From: Macrostomum lignano
Lineage: Eukaryota
Assembly (NCBI GenBank): GCA_002269645.1
Contig: NIVC01003370.1
Coordinates: 1 to 51,045, forward strand
Length of the DNA: 51,045 nt
Direction: 5' to 3'
A model generated the notes under the pieces. The model had not been told where the DNA came from, did not search any database, and worked only from the letters and a program-made list of their open reading frames with translations. Below, one piece after another: positions 33,503 to 45,940 of this stretch; within the stretch, counting starts at the first letter, position 1; the number at the start of each line of letters is the position of its first letter. The position numbers and the translations under genes are program-made.

Positions 33503-35076
33503 CTAGGCGGCCATGCTGAACCAGCGGCTACCGGGGTCGTACACGAATAGGCGGCTGGCCGAAGGTGTCGCGTGCTCCAGCTCGTCCATCCAGCGCCAGA
33601 TGAGGCGGGCCTTGGCGGCGGGCATCAGCTCGTTGTCGCGAATGTACACCGCGGCCCGGCTGTAGGCCACCGTCTGGTCCGGGTGGCGCCGGTCGCAGCT
33701 GCGAGTGTCGACGTCGTCGCAGCAGGTCGAGTGCAGGCTGGCGGAGCCGCGGCTGAAGTAGGCCATGGGAACGCTTCTCGGCTGCTGCTGCTTCTGCTTT
33801 TGCTGCTTCTGCGACTCGACGGACCGCTGCTCCTGCGGCACTTGGTCAGCAACTGAGATTCGAAACCGGGACCTCGGAGCGTCTGACGGTTCGGATGCGG
33901 GCTCAGCAGTGCCAGGCTCAGCGTCTAGTGCAGTGGGAGTCTTCTGCTTTTGCTGTTGCTGCTGCTGCTGGATCTGCTGCTGCTGCTGCTTCTTCATCCG
34001 CTTGCTGCCGTGAAGCAAAGGCAGCGGCTCGGGTTGCTGCTTTTGCTGTTGCTGCTGCGGCTGTGGCACATTGCTGTGGATCTTGCTGTACAGGCTCGGC
34101 AACCGAGTCAGCACTTCAATTTGCCGCTCTCCGACCGTCCTGCCAGCGGGCGGGCCGCCGCCGCGTCTGTGCCGGTGCGGCAGGCGGCCGGCCATTGGAA
34201 ATGGCAGGTGGAACTGGCCGCTGGCCGCTGCCGGGCCGCTGCGGCTGCTGATGAAGTTGCTGTTGAGGGCCGGCTGCTGGCCGGTTCCGCCGGGCTGCCG
34301 GGTTGTCCACAGCGCCAGGGGGGCGGCATCGAATCTGTGCAGTGCGGGGTCAAAGATATAAGCCCGTATGAATAAAAAGAGTAACTGCTCAGGAGAAAAT
34401 TCTCAAACTCAGAGTCGGAGCAATTGCTCAATCATGAGATTCTCTGAGTCTTAGCAAGTGCTCATCGGGGGTATGATTAAAGAATAAACTCAAACTCTGA
34501 GAATATTCTCCGTAGCTTGAGTAACTGATCAGAATGCTTTTGGCCACAGACAAAAATCGTTCATACGGCTTCTTGCCGTTAGTACGGCTTTTTACGGCTT
34601 CGTAGGGCTTCTTACTTCGTAGGCCATGCTCCAGAGTTTGAAAACCCCAAGAAAAGCTTTAGCTTTAGCTTTGACGATTTATCTGCTTTTTACACTGCGA
34701 CTCGTTCTTGAGTCTGCCAGGAGGCTGCCTCAACGTTTTCTGAGCAATTGCTCAGAAATTTTGTCTATGGTAGTAGTTTTATTCTTATTGACCTGAGTAA
34801 TTGCTCAATCTCAGAGTAAATGCTTGAGTTGGAGCAGTTGCTCATTTTATTCGCATAGCCTATTTCATTCAGGCAGTTTTAGCAAGATTTGCTGTTTTGC
34901 ACAGCGTTGAATGCGGTTTGCCATAGACAAAAATTTGGAGACAAATCCACTCAACGAAAGTTTCGCAAAATCTTTGGTCAGCAGTACGTGTAGCAATTAA
35001 AAGTACATCGAGTCCGATCAATTCCTTACCCAGCGCCTTTGCCTCCGAGATTGCTGCCTGCCGTAGTGCGAATCAT
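33503..35076 (-). CDS. Hypothetical Q-rich protein, ~292 aa, at least 2 exons
   Basis: Terminal exon 34334-33503 (cacag|A TTC, open through polyQ to ...YIRDNELMPAAKARLIWRWMDELEH...) joins in phase 2 to 35076-35030 (GG|gtaagg). Further upstream exons are possible. Confidence 0.55.
34362..34861. mobile_element. MITE/foldback-like element in an intron
   Basis: Degenerate ~70-bp terminal inverted repeats (TATG..AATAAAA.GAG.AACTGCTC... at both ends); repeated GAGYAAYTGCTCA motif; perfect 22-bp palindrome at 34737-34758. Confidence 0.5.
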
Positions 35077-35420
35077 GATGAAGCATCTGCCGAATGGGGA
35101 CAAGTTAACTGGCGAGTGCCCAGCTTAAGTAGAGCTCTGAGCCCCGGCAGAACAATGCAGCGCTGGCAGCTGCCCTGAAATTTATGTCTTTCTGCCTTCT
35201 CTTCGCATAGCGGGGGCAAAGGGGGCCGCTTGATGCTTAAACAAGTTTTAGAAAAAAATTTATTGCTTTTTTAGACTTTGAGAAGATGAGGGTTGGCCGG
35301 CCTCCTGCGCCCTGAGCAAGGAAAACTCAAGCCAGACATCTGGAGTGGAGGGGTGCTGTCATATCTTTAAAATTTCATGTCTCTGACTTAACCCTAAGCA
35401 TAAGCCTAACCCTAACGGAG

Positions 35421-36495
35421 AGTGTCGGAGATATTAGGTGTCGGAAATATGAGGTGTCGGAGATATGAGGTGTCGGAGATATGGGGTGTCGGAGATATGA
35501 GGTGTCGGAGATATGAGTTGTCGGAGATATGAAGTGTCGGAAATATGAGGTGTCGGAAATATGAGGTGTCGGAGATATGGAGTGTCGGAGATATAAGTTG
35601 TCGGAGATATGGAGTGTCGGAGATATGGAGTGTCGGAGATATGGAGTGTCGAAGATATGGAGTGCCGGAGATATGAGGTGTCGGAGATATGGAGTGTCGG
35701 AGATATGGAGTGCCGGAGATATGAGGTGTCGGAGATATGAGTTGTCGGAGATATGGAGTGCCGGAGATATAAGTTGTCGGAGATATGGAGTGTCGGAGAT
35801 ATGAGGTGTCGGAGATATAAGTTGTCGGAGATATGGAGTGTCGGAGATATGGAGTGTCGGAGATATAAGTTGTCGGAGATATGGAGTGCCGGAGATATGA
35901 GGTGTCGGAGATATGAGGTGTCGGAGATATGAGGTGTCGGAGATATGGGGTGTCGGAGATATGAGGTGTCGGAGATATGAGTTGTCGGAGATATGAAGTG
36001 TCGGAAATATGAGGTGTCGGAAATATGAGGTGTCGGAGATATGGAGTGTCGGAGATATAAGTTGTCGGAGATATGGAGTGTCGGAGATATGGAGTGTCGG
36101 AGATATGGAGTGTCGGAGATATGGAGTGCCGGAGATATGAGGTGTCGGAGATATGGAGTGTCGGAGATATGGAGTGCCGGAGATATGAGGTGTCGGAGAT
36201 ATGAGTTGTCGGAGATATGGAGTGCCGGAGATATAAGTTGTCGGAGATATGGAGTGTCGGAGATATGAGGTGTCGGAGATATAAGTTGTCGGAGATATGG
36301 AGTGTCGGAGATATAAGTTGTCGGAGATATGGAGTGCCGGAGATATGAGGTGTCGGAGATATGGAGTGTGGGAGATATGGGGTGTCGGAGATATGGAGTG
36401 TCGGAGATATGGAGTGTGGGAGATATGGGGTGTCGGAGATATGGAGTGTCGGAGATATGGAGTGTCGGAGATATGGGGTGTCGGAGATATGGAGT
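35421..36495. repeat. 16-bp minisatellite, ~67 copies, with a 464-bp higher-order repeat
   Basis: Unit GTGTCGGAGATATGGA and variants; the variant pattern at 35577 recurs at 36041 (29 x 16 bp). Confidence 0.96.
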
Positions 36496-37184
36496 CTTAT
36501 ATTTCTCTATACTCCAGCGAAAGATCCATATACTAAAAAAGGTTTGTCTGTGTGTGACTATCTATCTAGGTAGTCACACACAGACTAAAAAAACAAAAAA
36601 CTAAGAACTCCCTGGCCTCAGGGCCCCAGTAAGCCTTCTCGCTTCTATCTGTCCAAGGCAGGCAGCCTTCGCTCAAAATTAAATTTCATTCCTTTCTCAT
36701 GGAGGGTTGGATAGAGAATTCTTAGAAACTCTGCTCAATAAAGGCGGTGCGGTGCGCCTGTCCAGCCGGGTCTCACAGGGCAGCCCCCACCCTCCTCGCC
36801 CTCACAGCAGTAGCCTTCACACCTCTGGAGTGTCATGGATACCGCATTTCAAAACAAAAGATTTGGCCCAGCGAGCACAGCGGTGCAGCGCGGGTGCAAT
36901 TTAGTGCAAATCTGTGCAGAGTTTACCATCAAACCCCTCTGGCTCTCATTTATATGCAACTTCAATTAAATAATACGCCAAAAAGCAACGAAGATAATTG
37001 CTCTAATCAACCAGCTGCACAAGTCAGTTGGAAAGTCAAAGAGGTTCTGGACCAAGTTTCTATATGTTTATAAAATGTTCGCTTTATACAGAAAATGCCT
37101 ATTAGGAGCGCATATAGTATAAAAAGTCCAAATACAGATAGATTATTTGAGGCGAGATGGGAGCTGGCGCGGAGAAAGGAGGTA

Positions 37185-37948
37185 GAGAGGGAGAGAGATG
37201 GTGAGAAGAGAGAGCGGAGAGAGGAGAGGGAGAGGGAGAGGGAGAGGAGAGGGAGAGAGGAGAGGGAGGGAGAGAGGAGAGGGAGAGAGGAGAGGGAGAG
37301 GGAGAGAGGAGAGGGAGAGAGGGGAGGGAGAAGGAGAGAGGAGAGGGAGAGGGAGAGGGAGAGGGAGAGGAGAGGGAGAGAGGAGAGGGAGAGAGGAGAG
37401 GGAGAGGAGAGGGAGAGAGGAGAGGGAGAGGGAGGGAGAGAGGAGAGGGAGAGAGGAGAGGGAGAGGAGAGGGAGAGAGGAGAGGGAGAGGGAGGGAGAG
37501 AGGAGAGGGAGAGGGAGAGGGAGAGGAGAGAAAGAGGGAGATGGAGAGGAGAGGGAGAGAGGGAGAGGGAGAGGAGAGGGAGAGAGGAGAGGGAGAGGGA
37601 GAGGGGGAGGAGAGGGAGAGAGGAGAGGGAGAGGGAGAGGGAGAGGAGAGGAAGAGAGGAGAGGGAGAGAGGAGAGGGAGAGAGGAGAGGGAGAGAGGAG
37701 AGGGAGAGGAGAGGGAGAGGAGAGGGAGAGGGAGGGAGAGAGGAGAGGGAGAGGGAGAGGGAGAGGAGAGGGAGAGAGGAGAGGGAGGGAGAGAGGAGAG
37801 GGAGAGGGAGAGAGGAGAGGGAGAGGGAGAGAGGAGAGGGAGAGGGGAGGGAGAAGGAGAGAGGAGAGGGAGAGGGAGAGGGAGAGGAGAGGGAGAGAGG
37901 AGAGGGAGAGAGGAGAGGGAGAGGAGAGGGAGAGAGGAGAGGGAGAGG
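37185..37948. repeat. Polypurine GA-rich array
   Basis: GGGAGA/GGAGA motifs, nearly all purine on the + strand. Confidence 0.95.
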
Positions 37949-37983
37949 GTACGTATAGGATTTTTTGCGGCCCTCCCGCAGCT

Positions 37984-40900
37984 TCAGTCGCCTCCGGCGT
38001 CCCTGCAGCGGCGGCACAGAATCGCCGCCCGAGCCCCAGCGGCATCAGCGGCGAGGCTGCGCACCCGGCAGTTGGCCAGCAGCGGCTGCAGCTCCTCGTT
38101 GCCGCCGCCGGCCTCCTCCAGCAGCAGCGTCAGCAGCTCGCCGTACCGACCGCCATCATCGTCTGCCGCCTCGGCCTTCGTCGCCACCAGCGCCCAGCCG
38201 CTGCCAGCGCAGACGCTGCCGACTGCCAGCGAGGAATTCGGCAGCCGCAGCGGGCCGAAGCCGGCAGCGCAGCCGCGGCCAGCAGCCAGGAGGCGGCCGC
38301 TGGTCAGCAGCAGCAGGCAGCGATTGCCAGCGATGGAGGCCGCGGCCACCGACTCCTCCGGCTGCTCGAGCGGCACCGGCAGGAGCTCCAGCTGCGGCAG
38401 CAGCGGCCTGGCGGACTCCGGCAGGCCCAGGCGGCCGAACCGGTTCCAGCCGGTCCCCAGCAGAGCGGCCTGCGAGCCCTCGGTCTCGGCCGCGATCAGC
38501 AGCGCCTCAGGCCCGGCGAAGGCGGACAGGGCTCGGTAACGGCCAGACGGCATCGGCAGCAGCGTCGGGAACGTTGCCGACACTTCGGCGCCAGCTTCGG
38601 CTGCGGGCAGGCAGCCCCAGGCGAACACCTCACCGGAGGAGGCGACGCAGGCGGCGAAACGGCGGCCGCAGGCGACTGAAGTCACCGAGACCTGCGCGAG
38701 CGAGCCGACAACGCGGGGTCGCTCGAGGTCGGCGACGTCGCCGTGGCCTGAGAGAGAGGTTGGGGTTTCAAATCTGCTTTTCTGAAAAAACTAGGATCTT
38801 CAGGATCTTCAGGATCGCCAGGAACCTGGAGTCCCGCACTGGGTCAGCCCAGAGTCCCGCACTGGGTCAGCCCAGAGTCCCGCACTGAGTCAGCCCAGAG
38901 TCCCGCACTGGGTCAGCCCAGAGTCCCGCACTGAGTCAGCCCAGAGCTGCTCACCCAGAGCGCCATCCCTGCCGCAGCCGAAGGTGAGCACAACGCCTGC
39001 ATCGGTCAGGCAGGCAGCGAAGCGGTCCCCGCAGTCCAGCTGGACAACCCTGAAATTATCCAGGCCGACAATGTCGGACATCAACCAGCTGCAGGGAGGC
39101 TGGCCAACCTCCCCGCCAGGCCGGTCCCACCGCACCAGCCGGTCGCGCTTGGTCAGGCCGATCAGGCAGTCGCCGCTGATGAGTTTCACGCATCGCAGAT
39201 CCTCGTGCGGCAGATCGTAGGCGATCTCCGACAACCGGTGGGAGTCTTGGTCCGGCCCGGCGGTGAACAGGTACAAAGACCTGTTGCCGCTCTCCTGGGG
39301 GGGGGGAGCAGATATGCGCATCGGTTACTACTGAAATTAACCAGGTGTGAGGTCACATCATTAGCGCCGAGTCGCTCTGCTCACAGCAGACGCAGGTGCT
39401 GCTGCAGGCACCCTACTGGCGGCAACAGGCGCGCACTCGGCGTTTCGACGACTGCCTGCTGGCTGACGCTGGCGCCCCGGATTCAGTCGGCGGCGTGGTC
39501 TTACTTCGCGGTATTGTGTGTTGTGTTATTGTGTTGTTGTGGTATGGTGTTGTTGTGGTATTGTGTTGTTGTGGTATGGTGTTGGTGTGGTATTGTGTTG
39601 TTGTGGTATTGAGTTGGTGTGGTATTGTGTTGGTGTGTTATTGTGTTGTGTTATTGTGTTGGTGTGGTATTGTGTTGGTGTGGTATTGTGTTGTTGTGGT
39701 ATTGAGTGTTGTTGTGGTATTGAGTGGTGTTGTGTTATTGTGTTGTTGTGGTATTGAGTTGGTGTGGTATTGTGTTGGTGTGTTATTGTGTTGTTGTGTT
39801 ATTGTGTTGGTGTGGTATTGTGTTGTTGTGGTATTGTGTTGTTGTGGTATTGTGTTGTTGTGTTATTGTGTTGTTGTGGTATGGTGTTGGTGTGGTATTG
39901 TGTTGGTGTGGTATTGTGTTGGTGTGATATTGTGTTGTTGTGGTATTCTGTTGTTGTGTTATTGTGTTGTTGTGGTATGGTGTTGGTGTGGTATTGTGTT
40001 GGTGTGGTATTGTGTTGGTGTGGTATTGTGTTGTTGTGGTATTGAGTGTTGTTATGGTATCGAGTGTTGTTGTGTTATTGTGTTGGTGTGGTATTGAGTG
40101 TTGTTGTGTTATTGTGTTGTTGTGGTATTGTGTTGTTGTGTTATTGTGTTGTTGTGGTATGGTGTTGGTGTGGTATTGTGTTGGTGTGGTATTGTGTTGG
40201 TGTGGTATTGTGTTGTTGTGTTATTGTGTTGTTGCGTTATTGTGTTGTTGTGGTATTGTGTTGGTGTGGTATTGTGTTGTTGTGGTATTGTGTTGGTGTG
40301 GTATTGTGTTGTTGTGGTATTGTGTTGGTGTGGTATTGTGTTGTTGTGGTATTGTGTTGTTGTGGTATTGAGTGTTGTTGTGGTATTGTGTTGTTGTGGT
40401 ATTGTGTTGGTGTGTTATTGTGTTGTTGTGTTATTGTGTTGGTGTGGTATTGTGTTGTTGTGGTATTGTGTTGGTGTGGTATTGTGTTGTTGTGGTATTG
40501 AGTGTTGTTGTGGTATTGAGTGGTGTTGTGTTATTGTGTTGGTGTGGTATTGAGTGTTGTTGTGTTATTGTGTTGTTGTGGTATTGTGTTGTTGTGTTAT
40601 TGTGTTGTTGTGGTATGGTGTTGGTGTGGTATTGTGTTGGTGTGGTATTGTGTTGGTGTGGTATTGTGTTGTTGTGGTATTGTGTTGTTGTGTTATTGTG
40701 TTGTTGTGTTATTGTGTTGTTGTGGTATTGTGTTGGTGTGGTATTGTGTTGTTGTGGTATTGTGTTGGTGTGGTATTGTGTTGTTGTGGTATTGTGTTGT
40801 TGTGGTATTGAGTGTTGTTGTGGTATTGTGTTGGTGTGGTATTGTGTTGGTGTGTTATTGTGTTGTTGTGTTATTGTGTTGGTGTGGTATTGTGTTGTTG

Positions 40901-43900
40901 TGGTATTGTGTTGGTGTGGTATTGTGTTGTTGTGGTATTGAGTGTTGTTGTGGTATTGAGTGGTGTTGTGTTATTGTGTTGTTGTGGTATTGAGTTGGTG
41001 TGGTATTGTGTTGGTGTGTTATTGTGTTGTGTTATTGTGTTGGTGTGGTATTGTGTTTTTGTGGTATTGTGTTGGTGTGGTATTGTGTTGTTGTGGTATT
41101 GAGTGTTGTTGTGTTATTGTGTTGTTGTGGTATTGAGTATTGTTGTGTTATTGTGTTGTTGTGGTATTGAGTGTTGTTGTGTTATTGTGTTGTTGTGGTA
41201 TTGAGTATTGTTGTGTTATTGTGTTGTTGTGGTATTGAGTGTTGTTGTGTTATCTTAAATGCCCGACCAGGCCTCACCCGGCACCGCAGTCGCTTCACCG
41301 TGGTGGCCAGCTTGGCCCTGCTGGACTTCTTGGTGCGCTGCTTTTTCAAGCCAACGCAGCCGAGGTCGGTGAGCAACGGGAACAGGTTGCTCAGGATGAG
41401 CGGGTGCGACAGCAGCTGCGCCGCCGAGGGCCGCTCGAGCGGGTCCACCTTCAGCATCTTGGAGATGAGGTCCGACATCAGTGGGGAATATCTGAAAGAA
41501 TTAAAAACAGAACTACATGTGAATTTCTAATTAGTGTGACACTGCCAGTTCTGACTAGTGTGACACTGTGCCAGTTCTGACTAGTGTGACACTGTGCCAG
41601 TTCTGACTAGTGTGACACTGTGCCAGTTCTGACTAGTGTGACACTGTGCCAGTTCTGACTAGTGTGACACTGTGCCAGTTCTGACTAGTGTGACACTGTG
41701 CCAGTTCTGACTAGTGTGACACTGTGCCAGTTCTGACTAGTGTGACACTGTGCCAGTTCTGACTAGTGTGACACTGTGCCAGTTCTGACTAGTGTGACAC
41801 TGTGCCAGTTTTGACTAGTGTGACACTAACTAGTGTGACTAGTGTGACACTGTGCCAGTTCTGACTAGTGTGACACTAACTAGTGTGACCAGTGAGGTGC
41901 GACATGGCGCTGTGGTATCTGTGAACCCCATAGCCCGAGAGCGCATCAAGCCAGCAGCGCCGCACCTGCGCGGGTCGAGGGGCGCCCAGCTGCCAGCGGC
42001 AATCTGGGCCACCAGGAGCAGCAGGGTGTCCGCATCGAACGGCCTGCGCAGGCAGCACATTTCGTACAGGCAGCAGCCGAGCGCCCAGATGTCGCTGGGC
42101 TCCCGGCCAGCTGTGGCCAGCTTGTCCGAGCTGAACACCTCCGGGCTGAGGTAGGCAGGAGTGCCGACCAGCCCGCTGGCGGAGCTGCCTGCAGGGCTGT
42201 CTGCGGGATTGGCGGTGGGGATTGGGGGCGTTCTCAGGAGGGTTGGGGGCGTTCTCAGGGTGGGTTGGGGGCGATTCTCAGGGCGGGTTGGGGGCGATTC
42301 TCAGGGCGGGTTGGGGGCGATTCTCAGAGCGGGTTGGGGGCGATTCTCAGGGCGGGTTGGGGGCGATTCTCAGGGCGGGTTGGGGCCGATTTTCAGGGCG
42401 GGATGGGGGCGATTCTCAGGGCGGGTTGGGGCCGATTCTCAGGGCGGGTTGGGGCCGATTCTCAGGGCGGGTTGGGGCCGATTCTCAGGGCGGGTTGGGG
42501 CCGATTTTCAGGGCGGGATGGGGGCGATTCTCAGGGCGGGTTGGGGCCGATTCTCAGGGCGGGTTGGGGGCGATTTTCAGGGCGGGATGGGGGCGATTCT
42601 CAGGGCGGGTTGGGGGCGATTCTCAGGGCGGGATGGGGGCGATTCTCAGGGCGGGTTGGGGCCGATTCTCAGGGCGGGTTGGGGGCGATTTTCGGGAGAG
42701 TTGGGGCCGATTCTCAGGGCGGGTTGGGGGCGATTTTCGGGAGAGTTGGGGGCGTTCTCAGGGCGGGTTGGGGCGTTCTCAGAGCGGGTTGGGGGCGTTC
42801 TCAGGGCGAGTTGGGGCGTTCTCAGAGCGGGTTGGGGGCGTTCTCAGAGCGGGTTGGGGGCGTTCTCAGGGCGGGTTGGGGGCGTTCTCAGAGCGGGTTG
42901 GGGCGATTTTCGGGAGAGTTGGGGGCGTTCTCAGGGCGGGTTGGGGGCGTTCTCAGAGCGGGTTGGGGGCGTTCTCAGGGCGAGTTGGGGCGTTCTCAGA
43001 GCGGGTTGGGGGCGTTCTCAGAGCGGGTTGGGGGCGTTCTCAGGGCGGGTTGGGGGCGTTCTCAGAGCGGGTTGGGGGCGATTTTCGGGAGAGTTGGGGG
43101 CGTTCTCAGGGCGGGTTGGGGGCGTTCTCAGAGCGGGTTGGGGGCGATTCTCAGGAGGGTTGGGGCGATTCTCAGGAGGGTTGGGGGCGATTCTCAGGAG
43201 GGTTGGGGGCGATTCTCAGGGCGGGTTGGGGGCGATTCTCAGGAGGGTTGGGGCGGTTCTCAGGAGGGTTGGGGGCGATTCTCAGGGAGGGTTGGGGGCG
43301 ATACTCAGGAGGGTGGGGGGCGATTCTCAGGGGAGTTGGGGCGGTTCTCAGAACGGGTTGGGGGCGTTCTCAGAGCGGGTTGGGGGCGTTCTCAGAGCGG
43401 GTTGGGGGCGATTTTCGGGAGAGTTGGGGGCGTTCTCAGGGCGGGTTGGGGGCGATTCTCAGGAGGGTTGGGGCGATTCTCAGGAGTGTGGGGGGCGTTC
43501 TCAGAGCGGGTTGGGGGCGTTCTCAGGGCGAGTTGGGGGCGTTCTCAGAGCGGGTTGGGGGCGATTTTCGGGAGAGTTGGGGGCGTTCTCAGGGCGGGTT
43601 GGGGGCGTTCTCAGAGCGGGTTGGGGGCGTTTTCAGGGCGGGTTAGAGGCGATTCTCAGGGGGTTGAGGGCGTTCTCAGGGCGGCTTGGGGGCGATTCTC
43701 AGGGGAGTTGGGGCGGTTCTCAGGGCGGGTTGGGGGCGGTTCCCAGGGCGGGTTGGGGGCGGTTCCCAGGGCGGGTTGGGGGCGGTTTTCAGGGCGGCTT
43801 GGGGGCGTTCTCAGGGCGGGTTGGAAGCGATTCTCATGCGATTTGGGGATAAGATGGGGCGATTCCAACCCCAACGTCACAACTCAGACGCAGGCTCGCC

Positions 43901-45940
43901 TTTAGCAGGGCTGGTCTGACGCAACGCAGCGAGCCCGAAGTCTGCCAGCTTGCAGACATCGCGGGCGGTGCTGGCCAGCAGGATGTTGTCCGGCTTGAGG
44001 TCGCGGTGCAGCACCTGGCGGCTGTGCAGCTCCTCCAGGGCCAGCAGCAGCTGGCAGGCAAATCTGGCCACGGCAGACTCGGACAGGCCGAGGCCGGACT
44101 GCTGATGAAGCAGGCTGCTGAGCGAGCCGCCTGAGGCGTACTCCATCACCAGGCAGAGCTGCCTGCCGCCGGCGGACTCGTCCAAGAAGCTGTCCAGCAG
44201 CCGCACGATGTTAGGATGCCGCAGGCCGGCCAGGATCTCGGCCTCCTTCAGGAAGGCCTCGCGCTGAAGCTGGTCCGCGCCGCCCAGATCGACTCGCTTG
44301 ATCACCACCTGGCGAGGTCCAGCGAGGACAAGGAGGTTGGACTTCTTTTCTAGTGAACTATCGTCTCCGAATATGAACCGCCATGTATTGCTCTTAGTGA
44401 TTGAATTTGCGAAAGTCACTACTGACTGACGCGGCGGAGGAACGGGTTTACAGGTAGACTTGTCACACCTGAGACCATCGGAAGGTAAAACTTGTCACAC
44501 CTGAGACCATCGGAAGGTAAAACTTGTCACACCTGAGACCATCGGAAGGTAAAACTTGTCACACCTGAGACCATCGGAAGGTAAAATTGTCACACCTGAG
44601 ACCATTGGAAGGTAAAATTGTCACACCTGAGACCATCGGAAGGTAAAATTGTCACACCTGAGACCATCGGAAGGTAAAATTGTCACACCTGAGACCATCG
44701 GAAGGTAAAATTGTCACACCTGAGACCATCGGAAGGTAAAATTGTCACACCTGAGAAAGGACTGTCACGCCTGAGATTGTAAGGACTGTCACACCTGAGA
44801 TTGTAAGGACTGTCACGCATGAGATTGTAAGGACTGTCACGCCTGAGATTGTAAGGACTGTCACGCCTGAGATTGTAAGGAATGTCACACCTGAGATTGT
44901 AAGGACTGTCACACCTGAGATTGTAAGGACTGTCACACCTGAGATTGTAAGGACTGTCACACCTGAGATTGTAAGGACTGTCACACCTAGGATTGTAAGG
45001 ACTGTCACACCGGAGATTGTAAGGACTGTCACACCTGGATTGTAAGGACTGTCACGCCTGAGATTGTAAGGACTGTCACACATGGGATTGTAAGGACTGT
45101 CACACCTAGGATTGTAAGGACTGTCACACCTGAGATTGTAAGGACTGTCACACCTAGGATTGTAAGGACTGTCACACCTAGGATTGTAAGGACTGTCACG
45201 CCTGAGATTGTAAGGACTGTCACACCTGAGATTGTAAGGACTGTCACGCCTGAGATTGTAAGGACTGTCACACCTAGGATTGTAAGGACTGTCACGCCTG
45301 AGATTGTAAGGACTGTCACACCTGAGATTGTAAGGACTGTCACACCTAGGATTGTAAGGACTGTCACACCTGAGATTGTAAGGACTGTCACACCTAGGAT
45401 TGTAAGGACTGTCACACCTGAGATTGTAAGGACTGTCACACCTAGGATTGTAAGGACTGTCACACCTGAGATTGTAAGGACTGTCACACCTAGGATTGTA
45501 AGGACTGTCACACCTGAGATTGTAAGGACTGTCACACCTGGGATTGTAAGGACTGTCACACCTAGGATTGTAAGGACTGTCACACCTGAGATTGTAAGGA
45601 CTGTCACACCTGGGATTGTAAGGACTGTCACACCTAGGATTGTAAGGACTGTCACACCTGAGACTACAGTATCAGGATTCCTCAACATACTCGAGACCGC
45701 AGTGATGTCTCATTAATGATGGTCAGCTGTGAAGGTCACCACTACAGGCCACTGACAGCCCTTAATTTGTTGTCTGTCCGCCAGCCAGTCTCAAAAATCA
45801 CTCCATAGACACACGCGAGCTGCATGGACACACGGACGAACCTTTTCAGGAGTTGAACAGTTTGCCTGGCGCCTCAGGTACAGAGCCACCCGGCCAGCGG
45901 TGCCCTGGTCCAGGTTCTTCAGGTGCCGATAGTTTTCCAT
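37984..45940 (-). CDS. NEK8: NIMA-related kinase with RCC1 repeats (NEK8-like), ~686 aa, 6 exons
   Basis: Exons 45940-45842, 44308-43900 (or -43921), 42200 (or 42188)-41966, 41491-41278, 39294-38955, 38747-37984. Motifs VVIK, HRDLKPDN, DFG, GTPAYLSPE, DIWALG; NEK8-like LLTDLGCV after the kinase; RCC1 motifs CGDRFAACLTDAGVVLTFG and GALGHG. An extra small exon near 39385-39500 cannot be excluded. Confidence 0.8.
38828..38944. repeat. 23-bp minisatellite in NEK8 intron 5, ~5 copies
   Basis: Unit GAGTCCCGCACTG(G/A)GTCAGCCCA. Confidence 0.9.
39511..41250. repeat. 16-bp GT-rich minisatellite in NEK8 intron 4
   Basis: Unit TGTGTTG(T/G)TGTGGTAT and variants, ~1.7 kb. Confidence 0.96.
41532..41890. 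repeat. 26-bp minisatellite in NEK8 intron 3, ~13 copies
   Basis: Unit CTAGTGTGACACTGTGCCAGTTCTGA. Confidence 0.95.
42222..43830. repeat. G-rich 23/24-bp minisatellite in NEK8 intron 2
   Basis: Unit GGGCGGGTTGGGGGCG(A)TTCTCA and variants. Confidence 0.96.
44457..45662. repeat. Compound minisatellite in NEK8 intron 1: 31/32-bp array then 24-bp array
   Basis: TGTCACACCTGAGACCATCGGAAGGTAAAA(C)T (44457-44755) switches to TGTCACACCTGAGATTGTAAGGAC (44760-45662). Confidence 0.95.

Noticed and set aside
35389-35417. Telomere-like TAACCCTAAGCATAAGCCTAACCCTAAC next to the 16-bp array
   Set aside because: Only two perfect hexamers; too short to call an interstitial telomere.
39396-41530. Cys/Val-rich ORFs resembling metallothionein or keratin-associated proteins
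   Set aside because: Translations of the GT-rich 16-bp array, antisense within NEK8 intron 4.
42161-43905. Three 470-560-aa Gly-rich ORFs
   Set aside because: Antisense translations of the G-rich intronic array.
45842-45940. NEK8-like protein as a pseudokinase (Gly loop DQGTAG)
   Set aside because: Only the first loop Gly differs; the catalytic Lys, HRD, DFG and the APE-equivalent SPE are intact.
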